Origin: Trichinella spiralis | Lineage: Eukaryota | DNA length: 64,000 nt | Direction of reading: 5' to 3' | Assembly (NCBI RefSeq): GCF_000181795.1 | Contig: NW_003526941.1 | Span: forward strand, 7,305,930 to 7,369,929 | The notes under the pieces: model-generated | Seen by the model: the letters and a program-made list of their open reading frames with translations, nothing else | The model's database searches: none | What the model was told of the DNA's origin: nothing | Translations under genes and position numbers: made by a program | In this document: one piece after another, positions 30,648-44,011 of the stretch | Layout of the letters: every line of letters begins with the position of its first letter | How positions within the stretch are numbered: position 1 is the first letter of the stretch

Positions 30648-33600
30648 TCATTCATTCACTCTGAACGAATGTAAAATTGCCTTGATCGATGTAATGGTAC
30701 CAGTTAAAAGGCCGACCATTCCGAAAAGGCAGATTAGCAAATTTCCAAAGACGAGCAATTGCCATCGACGATTGTGCACACTGCCACGGTATTCACATAA
30801 AATTTCAATGATGGGTGGAAAAATGAACGTCAACGCAGACGTAGTCAACGCACCGACCAGTGAAATGAACAATCCAAGATGGGGTACCAGTTCGGCGAAA
30901 GTAACTGCAAAAATGAAAAAAAATTAAGTTGAAATATAAATTGCTCATTTCAACATTTCAATACAAGTGATCAAAACGAGCGTATAGCGGATGGCGTATT
31001 CAGCTGCTAAACGCAGACCAGGCCTGTCGATGGTTTGTTGCAGTTTCAATATGACAATGTCCATCGGTACGTAAAATTGCATCGGATAGGATATGCTGAC
31101 AACAAATGAGACCATCAGTTTCACTGCTTTGTACAATCTATTGAAGTGAAAAGTAGAAATTTGAGAATAACAAAAAAAAATATTCCAAGAAAACGACTGA
31201 AATCTTACGGTTCATCTTTTGGCAAATTCAGCGTTATACTTCCAGCAACGTCGGATCCGAATCGTATGTAGCCGTAAAAACCGACCGCAATGTATAAAAT
31301 GGTCGACAACGCGCAGCTTGTGTTCAAAATGCCATTCCAAGCATTCATAGATTTTGGAAATTTTGTCTTGTTTTCAATTGGTAAAATCTGAAACATTCAT
31401 TACATGCTATCATTAATTACAGCGTTGCTACAAAGTGCAAACATTGCACAATTGCATTGTTATACCGTTCCAGCGGCAGAAAAGGCGAACATCAACGAGC
31501 CGAACGCCAGAGGCAATCGATCTAAGCTTTGTATGCTTGGCAGTCGTCTCCAAGATGGCAATTCTTGGAAAATGTATTGAAATGTGATCACAAAAGCCAC
31601 ACAATAAACCAAATTTGCCAACGTCGACGGTATGGCTAAATATTTCAGATGACGAATAGAGCACAATGCCAAAAACAGCGGTAGCAGAAAGGCCATATAC
31701 GTGGCTAAGGAAAATGTATTCTGCACTTCTACAGTCTTAATAGAATTAATGAACGATATGAATTTATTGAAATGGTTTCTTCTATTAGAAATTTCACCTA
31801 CCTGTTTGATATGCTCGGCAATAAAAACAAAATATACCGAACACATACCAAGCTGAGAAAAAGCTAAAGAAATATTGACAAGAAATTTTGCATGGCGTTT
31901 AAATCGTCTCAGCGGTTTTGGACCATGAAATACGGATAATTCAGCCAAAGTGCCATAATCAACTGCCGCTCTGCCGGATCTAATTTATACAAAGTTTAAC
32001 AGTTCAACTTTATCATTTTTCTATCTATTGCAAATTATTACGATTACAATAACAATAACAGACAAATGTAATGTGCTTACCGCAAGCACATCATCTGTGA
32101 TGTGCGAACTAATATACGTAGACAGCAAAGGTTGATGATCACAGTAAATATGAGGAAAATCAAGCCAAACTGAAATAAATGTCCGGTTAATTAATAATTA
32201 ATTAATAACAGAGCAAGCACTATGCGCATGTGATCTAAATATTGAATAAATTTAACAAGCTATCATATCATTAATCAAGAATATTATTACTGCAAATGCA
32301 ATACCAGTACAAATATATATATATATATATATACATGCAGAGTATTGTTTCAGGCAGGTGTATTTTTTCCATTGATTTTTTAAAATTCAATTTTGAACTA
32401 GTTTCTAAAATATACTTTACAATCCAATTTCACATGTTACAAAGTAATATTAAAATTGAATAAACTTTATACAGATACATAATGGAAAATGTTTCTTTCT
32501 TTATTGCTTCAATGAAGAAAGCATTTCAGCATCTCAAAAATGCAAAAAATGTTTGCCATATGATACAATAATAATAAGAATATTTTCACTTTGGTATAAA
32601 AATAAATATCATAAGAAAACAGAAAACAACATTACCATAAGCAATGATAAGAAATAGCAGGGCAAGAAGATTGAATGAAAATGTACTTACCCACAGACCA
32701 GCGTTGGAAAAAGCTTCAGGTACAGCTAAAACGCCGGTACCGACAGTTGATTTGATCAAATTCGTCAAAGCTTGATCATCGCTAAAAGTAAACATAAAAA
32801 TAGTAATAATAATAATAACCAAAGGAAAAAAGCATCAATGAGCCCACCTTAAGCCATAAGTAAAAGTGGAGCGTTGTTCATTCAACCACTTGAAAATTTC
32901 TTCCTCATTTTGCACAGCATTGTCGTCGTCAATTTTCAGCTTTTCGCAATTTTTATTGTCATTTGATTTTTTCACTTCGGATAGTGAGAATTGTTCAATA
33001 ACTACAAAACAATCATTAAACAACTGCGTGTCGAACAATCAAAGTAAAATATATTAATATTATAACAGTGAAATGAATAATGATAATGTGCTTTGAAAAA
33101 AATGCAAATTTTCAAACATTTCACAATTATTATTACCTCGATTCATTCAGAAGAATAACTCTGACGACAACTTATGCATGCATATATGTAATATATAGAC
33201 AACAGCAACAACAAAAATAACAGCCGGTAGCATAAAACTAGAAAACTTTGACGAGGTAATTCACAGAACTGAAATCATTTTTTAAAATAAAAATGACAGT
33301 TTCTCATTGACAACTTCCTGTATGAAAAACTACAACGGTGAAAAAATTTGACTCTGACAATAATTTCTGCATTTCCATAGAAAAAACACAATGTATATTT
33401 TACTTACTATTGATAATTAATTAAAATTTTAAAAAATGCAAAGAATATTAATAATAACATACTTTTGTTTTGCAAAGAAGACGATTCGGCTGAATCATAA
33501 TAATCATCATCCTCTAAAGTTGATGAATATTTCAATAGTTGTACTGATTTCATTGTGACGATAAATCGTGACGCTAAATTTGAAATTATTATTATTGTTG

Positions 33601-34109
33601 TTGACATCCAATTGGATATTCAAAATTGCTTTCATAACATAAATATGCAAAAGATATAATTTAGAAAATAAATTAATACTACTACTACTACTACTACTAC
33701 TAATAGAATAACAAAAATGTGCCTGTGCAGTTATTACTTGACAATTATCGACCGTTTTCAAGTTGAACATGCAGAACCAACTGCAACGCACAGCAGCACT
33801 GTTTCTGAACAAAGCAGCATCCAAGCTTTGTTTACAAAGTCTTCGGCAAGGAAGCTTTTGATAGTGAACAATGCGATATATTGTACAATTTTAACTGTTT
33901 GTTATAAATTTTGCTTGCTTGCTTTGCAGATTTAATAGCTGAAGAGCTTTTAGTATTATTATTATCTGCAATGCAATGCAACCAGCTGCCGTAGTTATTA
34001 CTGTTTACACTAAAAAAACCAATTAAATCATCACAAACATAAAAATTAAAAAAAATCTTTTACCTAATTCAGTCAGCAAATCAACACAGCTGCTGTGCCA
34101 TTTCGCCAT
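30648..34109 (-). CDS. SLC36/PAT amino acid transporter (copy 2, complete)
   Basis: Same exons as copy 1 plus first exon 34109-34064 (MAKWHSSCVDLLTEL, phase-1 donor) and exon 33513-33463 (EDDDYYDSAESSSLQNK). The latter differs from copy 1 (27736-27689) by an in-frame 3-nt indel, which supports coding status. Confidence 0.85.
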
Positions 34110-34434
34110 GCAAGGAAACGTTTGTCAAATGCTGACGTCCCGAATTGTGATAAAATCTTTTTTCATCATTTTCAATTAATATATTAACTTTTCAATTTTT
34201 ATTTCCTGTTTATGCTTCACTCATAAATCATCAATCTTGTAAGTATTATTATTTTTTTCTTTTTTGGAAAATTCATTCAGAAAAAAAAAAAATAACAGAC
34301 AAATTCACATACGTTACCACCACGATTACACCGAACCACACAAAGAAATATACTGAAAAATTAAAAAATAATCAATTATAAATAATACTTTTAATATTTT
34401 CAAACGTGGCTTATATTGATAACGATAACGTGTT

Positions 34435-37422
34435 TCAAAAATTTTCTTCACTTTTTAAAACATAATTTTCTTTGAGAAAATTAAATTTTTCAATCAACTT
34501 TTCCAACGAATATTCTCCAAGTACCTTTAGAAAAATATTAATTACATTATTATATAAATAATAAATTTTCATCCAACATACTGCATTATCTCGAGTGCGA
34601 ATGTTGACGCTACTGTTTTCTTTTTCCTTTGCTCCGACAACCAAAATGAAATTCCATTTTCCCAACTGCGCATTGCGAATCTTCTTTTTCATTGTATCAC
34701 TAGCATCTACATCCACATCACATTCAAAACCAGCATCAAATATCTGACAAAATAAAAAGTACAATTATGAACAAATTCAATATACATTTCCATTTTTTCT
34801 GCTCATCAGTATGCATAGTTTTTTTTTCTCTTCTACTCAATTGAAATATATACAACACAAGCAATTGTTATTGATAAGAAATTAATTATTTTTCTACAAT
34901 GAAAAAAAAATCAACTTCACCTTCTGCTGTACTTGTAATGCGTAATCATCAAATTCAGGATGCACTGGGATGACCATCGCTTGTCGAGGTGATAACCAAA
35001 ATGGCCATTTTCCAGCGAAATTTTCCGTCAATACAGCAATCATACGTTCAATCGAACCCAAAACTGCGCGATGAATTATAACTGGCCGCTGTTTTACGTG
35101 ATTTTCACTAAACAGAATATTTAAAAAATTTATTCAAGTCAACAGAACACAAATGTGAAGAAAAAATCAAAACTTACTCGACATAATGCAAATCAAAACG
35201 AACTGGCAACTGAAAATCCAACTGTATTGTAGCACATTGGTGTTGGCGTTGCATGGCGTCCAAAACGATGATATCGATCTTCGGTCCATAAAATGCCCCA
35301 TCGCCGGCATTCAACGTCCAAGGTAATTTAAATTTTTCCAAAGCACATTGCAACTGTGCCTCAGCTTCATCCCTTCAAAAAAAACAACAAGAAATAAATT
35401 ATTTTTCAAATAGTAAAATAAAATGCATACCATGTTTTCACGTCACCCATAAAATCATCGGGACGAGTGGATAAATACAATTTCATGCTGAAACCAAGCG
35501 TTTCGTAAACAAAACGCAAAAAATCTAAGCAGCCTTCAATTTCTGATGCAATTTGATCTTGACGACAAAAAATATGCGCATCGTCTTGTTGAAAACGACG
35601 TACACGTGTGAGACCAGACAAAGCGCCGGACAGTTCATTTCTGCAAAATTTTCAGTAACACAAATAAATAAATAAATCAGTAGCTAATTAATTTCTTGAT
35701 ATTCAATCAACTTGCCTATGGAGAACGCCAAAATCGGCAAATCGAAGTGGAAGCTCTTTGTAAGTGCGAAGTCCAGTAGCAAACATCAAACAATGTCCTG
35801 GACAGTTCATGGGTTTCAATCCAAACAATTCTTTCTCAATTTCTATCCTGAATAAAAAATTAAAATTAAAAAGAAATACAGTTTTCAGAATCACAGTCAA
35901 AAGAAAATATATGCTGTTAAAAGTTTACTTGAACATATTTTTGGCATAATGTTGCCAATGACCAGAAGTTTCCCATAAACGACTGTTGTATATGTTCGGG
36001 GTGATCACTTCGCGGAATCCACGCTTTCTGTACTGCTTGCGTAAAAATTCAACCAATGTATTATAGATGTAAGCTCCACGAGGAAAAAAGAACGCCGATC
36101 CAGGACTCAATTCGTGAAAAATAAAAAGTTCTTGTTGTCTGCCCAATTTACGATGATCCCTCGATGCAGCCTCTTCCTGTAGAGAAGAAATGAAAAAAAA
36201 CATCAATTGATCAATCATGCATATTATTAATTATCACTGCATAATAATTTACCCTCATCTTTTCCCAAAGTTTCAGTTGCTTGCTGTTTGGAAAACTCAC
36301 ACCATACACGCGTTGTAAACTTTCCATACTACTGTCCCCTTCCCAAAAGGTTGAACTATTCTTTGTTATCTTGAAACTGTTAAGTAATCCAGTATGGCGA
36401 ACATGCGGACCACGGCACAAGTCAATCAATGGACCACAACGATATGCGGTTGTAGTTGGTGTTTTAACTTTATTTTCCAAAATTCTCAACTTAAAAGGGT
36501 TGTACTTGAACATTTCCATCAATTCTTCTTTTTTCAATTCCAATCTTTCAAACGGCTGCTTACCCTAAATTCATCATTATACAATACTGTAAAAGATATT
36601 ATATATTCTTTTAATCTACTTACATCTATGGCTGCTTTCATTATTTTCGCAAGCTTGTCCATGTCTTCAGCAGTAACCGTTCTGTCGTCCATAAACATAT
36701 CGTAATAAAAGCCATTTTCAATTGGAGGTCCATAGCATAGACAACAGCCAAACAGACGCTCGGCCGCTTCACCGAGCACATGAGCAGTGCTGTGCCAGAA
36801 AACTTGCTTGCCTTCATCGTCATCAAACAGTAGAAATTGTAAATTGCATGACTTTTCCAAAGGTCTTTCTAAATCCCACAATACACCATCCACTTTGGAA
36901 ACAATTGGACGTCCGCCCATGTTCAACTTTGTCATTATATCCAGTGGTGAAGTGCGCCACGCCATTGCTTCTACTTCTTTACCATCCGGCAAGGTGACAG
37001 TAATTGGTTCACTTTGCTTTTTAGCTAATTCATCGTTGTAACTATAAAGAAGAAATATTTTATAAGAAAATATTAATTTTAAAATAAAACGTTTACACAA
37101 TTCAGTAATTTTCATTGAAATATCTAAGAGGAGGTGAAAAACAAGAACAAAACCAAAAGTATAATAAAATTGAAATAGTTGTTAATAACTGCTGAGAGAA
37201 AATTATTCTTATGATAATTTTACTTTTACCATACTTTTGTACAAAATATTTTTTCAAACAGATAGAATTTATAACCAATATCACTTACTTCTTCATATAT
37301 TTAGCCCACAAATCCAATCTTCGTTGTATAAAATCTGGCCAAGGATTCATTTCTATATCCAATTTATTTCCAAAATCCATTTTGGCCATCATACTTTCAA
37401 GAGTTGAGTGTTCTTGTTCCAT
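34435..37422 (-). CDS. tars-1: Threonyl-tRNA synthetase (multi-exon)
   Basis: TGS domain (ITVTLPDG ... WDLERPLE), [112 protein letters not shown] and the anticodon-binding C-terminus. First in-frame ATG (MEQEH) at 37422. Confidence 0.97.
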
Positions 37423-38977
37423 TGGAATAATATTTTTTAGATTATACGAAGAATAAAAAATATGTCGTCGAAAAAATAAATGACGAAACCGACTGCCGAC
37501 GAGCAACACCGTGGTTGACAAAATTAGTTCAAGCAGGCTGTATAACAAACAGAATGTAAAATGTATGCAAGAAACGTCATACGATAATTCAACGAGTAAT
37601 TAACAAATATACATGTTTATATAATAGAAAAAAAAATTAACAATCCGCGTTGCATAAAAATCTGGCTTCATTACTTCATCCATTGTGTTACAATTAAAGA
37701 TGCATTTTTTCTTTCAAGCAGTTTTCGCCCTTTTAAACATAGTATAATTTATTATTGTAAAAAATTAATATAGGTTATATAAAATTCATAATCTATAATA
37801 AACGAATAACACGATAACAATAATAAATAAAAAAACTAAAGTTTGATACAGTATGAAAATATATAATAAAGTTCAATATTTGCTACAGTCATTTGAATAA
37901 TTCATTCATCTGCTATAAAATTAATACATATTGTGCTGTATTCATCTCACAGAACAACAATACGATGTTTGCATCGAATGAAAAACTTTAATATCGCAAG
38001 AAAGTTCCAAATAAAATACGTTTTACATTGGAGAATGAAAAAAGTTCCCAAAATGATTCATCATTTAATAGACATTGTACAATTTATTCTTAACTATTCT
38101 GATGGGGATATTTTGCTTTTTCATCAATTTAATGTCAAATCGAAGAAAGTATAATTTGAAAAGAAAACAAATGCACAAATATTTTGCCTTCAATCTGTTT
38201 TAAATAGCAGTTCGACGGAACCCCTTCCGGTGAGCAGAAGTTGAATCAATTTTGCAATCAAGAAAGCAAACAAACTTTATGCTTGTCAAAAAAAAGTTGC
38301 AAAAATGATTCATTGCAAGCTTTCTTCCTATTGAAAAAAATTCAGCTTATTTGCAACCGTGTCCTTTGTAATAAATAATCCACAGCGCAGTATGTACTGC
38401 TTTGAAATTGAACGCAGGAAAGAGCTGTTTCCTTTCCATTTTCCAGTTTTATTTACCATTGTAAAAAATGTGTTTGCTAATGTTAATGTTTGCCTTTATT
38501 ATTTTTTGCTTTGTTAATGTTGTTCTGATTTCCGTTCAACTTCAACCACTGTGCACAATATACAGCTAGCTACCAGATGAGGGTGTGCCAGGGTCAGAAC
38601 CAAGCCGTTTAACTGCAGTCAGATATAAACAGTAATGCACAATGATCGCGTGATTGGATGTTGTGTACTTATTGCTGATACGGACTAGGGTAAACAACCA
38701 CCTCTCAACGCTGACCATCATCACGCGTCTTCAAACTTGAACAAACACAAACTGCTGCTATCTTCTTTTCCAAAGAAGCCTGTTGCCCATTACGTTCACA
38801 GCCAGCCTTTTCGACGACATCATCAATCGCGTTCACGTATATCATCATATCTCATTGATGAATAGAATTGAATTCTATTGTCAATATATTATTTCTTTAC
38901 TATTTTGTTTATATTAATTATCATGCATTTACGTGTCCCTTGTTATTTATGTAGATATAATCACCAGTTGGATTATT

Positions 38978-40184
38978 ATGAGCAACAGTGATTTGTATCG
39001 ATTGTGCTATGACACAAGAGAAAAATCAGTTCAACAGCTACATTTTTACGATGATCAAAAGTGCGAAGAAGCGTTGAGCATTGCCGTGTTGGGTGATTAC
39101 GCGGTCGGCAAAACTGCCCTGATTCATTCACTTTGCAAAAAGCAATTTCTCACCAAACACCAGCCCACAAAATCCACAAAACGATCCTACATCTCGTTGA
39201 GCTTATCCAACGGAGAAACGGTAAAATTGATCCTAAACGACACTTCCGGTTGTAAACGCCTACAAGGTGACTACTTGTACAGGTGCAAAGGTAACAAACA
39301 ATGCCCGCTTCTATTTTGTATTATTTGTTAAGCAAATATTCATTTCAACAATTTCGATTTGCTATTTAATCGAATGAAAATCGAAATCAATCGATCAATT
39401 GTTGCTTCCTCTTTCACTCTCATCATCTCGTCACATCATTTTTCCAGTTTATTTCTGTTCACAACATCCTGCTCAAACTGATCTCTTCAAAGTTGTTTGA
39501 AAAGCATGCAAACAAAATAATTACCAACACTGATGAGAGTTAGTTAGTTCTTTCCCCCCAGAAAATTTTCATTTCAAATCAAGCAAACAAACTGTGCAAT
39601 AAATAACGAATTGCTCAATTGCATCATCGTTTACAGAAAAATGATAATGCGTTGAGTGTAAATTGAAAGGACAAAAATTAATCATCTCATTTCAACCTCT
39701 TCCCCACTGTATAAAAATCAAAATTTCCGCATGGAGTTGAAATTTCAATTGTAATAATAATGTTTCACGTGCTTGTGTTTCGGACAGATATTTGAAATTT
39801 GGGTCTGAAATTTCAGGTGCCCTGATTGTCTATGACATCACCGAACCGTACAGTTATGCAAATGTGCGCTTGCATTTGAATGAAATTCGCCGCACAATGC
39901 CGCCGGATACGCAAATCACGGTCGTCGGCACCAAAGCGGATATGGTCGAGTTGAGAAAAGTGAAATATGCCGACGCGGCATTGTTCTGCTCTACCAATTC
40001 TTTGCAATTGCAAGAGTGCAGCGCCAGAACTGGTGAAAATGTGAAAAACGCGTTTGTGGAACTTGTGGAGAGAATTTTGGAACGACAACGTGTCGACATT
40101 TATGAACCGTCGTTCAATGTCGAATCGATTGACCAAGAAATTAACGTCTTCTCCAAATGGTCACTACTATGCTGTTGGTATTGA
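38978..40184 (+). CDS. Divergent Rab-like small GTPase; exons 38978-39290 and 39817-40184
   Basis: G1 GDYAVGKT, G3 DTSGC, GALIVYDIT, G4 TKAD, G5 ECSART, C-terminal CCWY. The phase-1 GT-AG intron joins the exons in frame. Confidence 0.85.
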
Positions 40185-43100
40185 CCATTGTAAACTTTTG
40201 CTGTAAATAATTTTCGAACAAACATCCGGGTGGTAGGCTAACGTTGGCATTGCTGTATTGACAGTTTGAATATTTTTCGTTTATGTCAACAAGCAATCAT
40301 AAAAAATGATATGATGTCAAATGATTACTTTATCTTTGTACATGTTGCGGATGTAATAAATTTATTTATAAACTGAAGAAAAAACTAATAATCCACAAAA
40401 ACCTTGTGTTCGGTTTTTTCCCTGTTATTATTGTATTGAAAAATTTCCACTAATCAGAAATCAGCTTGACATTAGAAAAGAATTTTGAATAAGCTGAATT
40501 TCGTTTCAAACCAAATGATGCTATTGCTTGTCCAAGAATGTTATTGCAAATAAATCAAAATTGACAAGAATGTGACAAAGAATTCCCGGCAAAGGTTATT
40601 CTTACTAGCCAAAAATCATTCGAGGGTCATTGGTCTCCGATGTCAGAAACGCTAATACAAATGGCAACCATTTCACTAACAACTAGACCAAATAATGAAA
40701 TATCAAAAAAAATTATGGAAAAACTGACTAGTGATTCATCCGATTTATTGTTTTGAAAAAACTTTCATCTTTTTCTTCAAATATACCCACCCATGTTGAG
40801 CATGCGGTTCTCAGTGACATTGGAAAGAAGATGGCTGCCAGCAAAAGTGTTCGAAAAATTTACAACACCCTGAACTGTTGTTGTCTTTGCCAATGTCCGT
40901 AACGGTCTGCTGACCACTGGCATTCATTGGCGGTTAATTGCTGACACTGTTCTGTCAATATTGAAAAATGGCAAACCGACAAATTACATCCAAATCGCAT
41001 TTTTATTAACAAATTTGCTGTTTGTGCAACCAAGCAGCTATTCATTACGAACATATTTTTCCAGTTCATCCGCAACCAATGCACTATTTAACTTGTACAT
41101 ATTCCATTATAAATATGAAAGTTTTACCAATCAAATACTACCTGATTAATAATTTAATCAATTTATACATGACAAATTTTTTTCACAAAAATAAACAAAA
41201 GCCTCTTCACCAATTGGAACTGTGCTATCTGTCATGGCTTCGTTGGTACCTGGCTGTTTCAATCTGCTAACATTTGAAAAAATGTTTCAAACACCTTTCA
41301 ATCGTTTTGTTTGAGATGGGATTTTTTAATTGAATAAACAAAAGCGATCATTGAAAAATGTAAATATTCTACCCAAAGTGTACATTACTGTGTTACAGTG
41401 AATTCACAGAAGCTGGACAAAATGCAAGCTGCTTACTGAGGCATTATCGGTTTTCATTGTTTCTCTTGCGAAAAAACTGTCGACTGTGAGAACTTCTCCG
41501 AACTTAATTAAACGGAAGAAAAATCCTTCAATTATTTGCTCACTTTCGACAAATCTACCCACACCACTGATGTGATGATAATTGGAAAACTTTAGACAAA
41601 GAAAAAATAATAAAAACGTAAATAATCATCGCCATTTTCGAACGATTAAATATGAGTTGATTTTTCCTATGATACAACCGTTCTGGTCATCTGCTCTACA
41701 TCAAAAGACTTATCGAAAGGGCATTTCACTGCAGCGTAAAGGTTACTTTACATTTAGAATATCTTTCAAAAGGTTGGACAGTGCAAGAAAAAAAATTTTA
41801 CCGTAGTTTGTGCTTCACAGGGACTTTTTCATTTTGTATCAACAAAGTAATATTTTTTGGCCGTTTCACTTTTCATTACTTTCAATTTTCCTACTTTATA
41901 AGAAACCCAGCACGAGCTTGGCAATAATTCAGTATCACATTTTTGAAATTTCTAACAATACAACAACAAGCAATTTGATAATAAAAGGCTTCTTCAATGA
42001 TGCATGATGCGATTCAACTTTTGACAACCGGAAACGGCATAGCGTCGATCCAAGAGCGAGTGAAAAATCGACTTTCGGCTCAACAGTCACCTATTTGACA
42101 CTAATGGGACGACACACCCTGCATCATTTCTGAAAATGTTCTTCTATACATTCTGCATTCATTCCACTGATGCTGGTATGTGTTAAAATTTGAAATCCCA
42201 CTACCAGAATGGCCAGAAATAATGACTATTAACTATCGCTACTTCCACTGCTGCAGAAAGTTATACCTACGCAAGTTGAACCTCTTTGAAGTGACAAAAA
42301 GCAAGGAAATTTGCAACCGTCTGACACGGACAGGTGGTCCAATGTGTCATCATTTTTCATCACCTTTGACATTTTCACTCCTCTCTTATATTCTGCATTC
42401 TCTGGGAACTCTTTCACTTCTGTCAGCTCTGTTTGCTGTTGGTGTCAAAGAGAAAGAACCATCCGCTCATCTATAGACTGGCAACACCAGAAAGAGGAAA
42501 AGCCAATGATAATTTCATGTTCATCGTTTTTTAAAGGTGAGTAAAATTTGTTCGCTTTTGTTTGGTTGCTTTTGATCATGATCAATCAGTTTGATACACA
42601 AATGAAAAAATCTGATACTTGATGATGCGTCAAACAACATAAAAACAAGAAAACCACCAATACCACCAACAATAGCAAAGGAGGGATGATAAATAACATA
42701 TTTCAGAAAAAGATAACAATAGAAATCTTGCTAATTTCGCAAAACTAACTGAATTGTATGTAATATTATTCTGCTGATTGATAAGAAAGATTGCAAAATT
42801 TGCCGAGCAGCTAGTGGAATAAGTAACCTGAGGTAAACATTGATAAAATAAGATAGAGCATGACGATAAGGATTATGCTAATCTTTTTTGTCTCATTCAA
42901 TAATTGTAACGGCAATTAATATTTTCTCATAGAAATCTGTTTGACAAATATATTTCTAATGACGAGTTGATCATGTAAAACACTGACTGATCAGTGATGA
43001 TGACATGCTTCTGATTAAAGTTGAATACTTTTATAACTGGAACGTGATAATAATCATCATTATTAATGTTTGAAGTGAAAACCTCCTTTCTGAAATAGCA

Positions 43101-43387
43101 CAATTATCCCTAACGCAAAGTTTTGTTGCTTTCAAAAAAATATATGCTGCTTATATTTTTGATGATTTAAAATCAAAATTGTTTATGATGATTACGGCTT
43201 TGGTGTAAAACAGTTGTCAGTAAAACAGGTATAAGATTAAACGACAAGAAGCGCTTTCTTTGAATTGGAATAGAATTTCACGCACAGACGCACACACAGA
43301 TAAATGCATATGTGCATGTATGTTTGTATGTATATGCATATGAACATTCCGGATAATATTACTAGCTAATGTTCATTTAGTAAAGTA

Positions 43388-43446
43388 GCAATTCAATGCC
43401 GTCGTTTAGGAAACTAACCTCATAAATGAACGACGGCATCAGTTGT
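43388..43446 (+). ncRNA. Pre-miRNA-like hairpin (repeated at 50714-50772)
   Basis: atgccgtcgtt/aacgacggcat forms 11 perfect bp, extended by gcaatt/agttgt; about 59 nt in total. Confidence 0.25.
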
Positions 43447-43932
43447 ATAAGAACGTGGACTAAAATTAGCATCATTTCTCAGTGAATACAGCTTAGATTA
43501 TAATTAATCGCAATAAAAAGGAAAAAAAACAGAAGAAATATTGCATTTTCAGCATTGAAAAGTATTATGATTCATTTTGGTGCGTTAATTACTCAAAACA
43601 CTGAACATTGCTTGCAACATTTGCCAAACAAGATGTCACTGATGAATTATATACAAACGCGTTAGCAACACTGAAGAGTGTGCATAATAGAAGTTCTGTC
43701 CCACGCAAAACAAACTTTGCACATGAAATGAATAACAAATTTTCAAGTATAGATTAACTAATAGCAAAGTCAATCTGTAAATGCTTTTCAAAATTGTATA
43801 CATTAAATTATCGACATTATAACGCATACTTTTTGTAATGGATGAAACATCATTACTTAAAATTGAATTCTTAAATTTATCATTCTTTGCTTATAATAAC
43901 TGAATATAAATGTAATGGAAAACTTAAAAAGC

Positions 43933-44011
43933 GGTGGCTATCCAGATATCCGTTTGTGCGATATTGAGTTTTTCTGGAAATATCAAACTAACGGATATTT
44001 GGATAGCTGTT
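43933..44011 (+). ncRNA. Pre-miRNA-like hairpin (repeated at 51259-51337)
   Basis: ggtggctatccagatatccgtt pairs with aacggatatttggatagctgtt (22 bp with G-U pairs), plus an inner gatatt/aatatc helix. Confidence 0.35.

Larger units (their letters stand above)
22456..34055. repeat. ~5.8 kb apparent tandem duplication (22456-28279 vs 28290-34055) spanning an N-gap
   Basis: Near-identical copies of the SDR and SLC36 genes. The junction falls exactly at the gap, and the start of copy 2 (28290-28540) is indel-rich like a low-quality read end. Confidence 0.9.
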
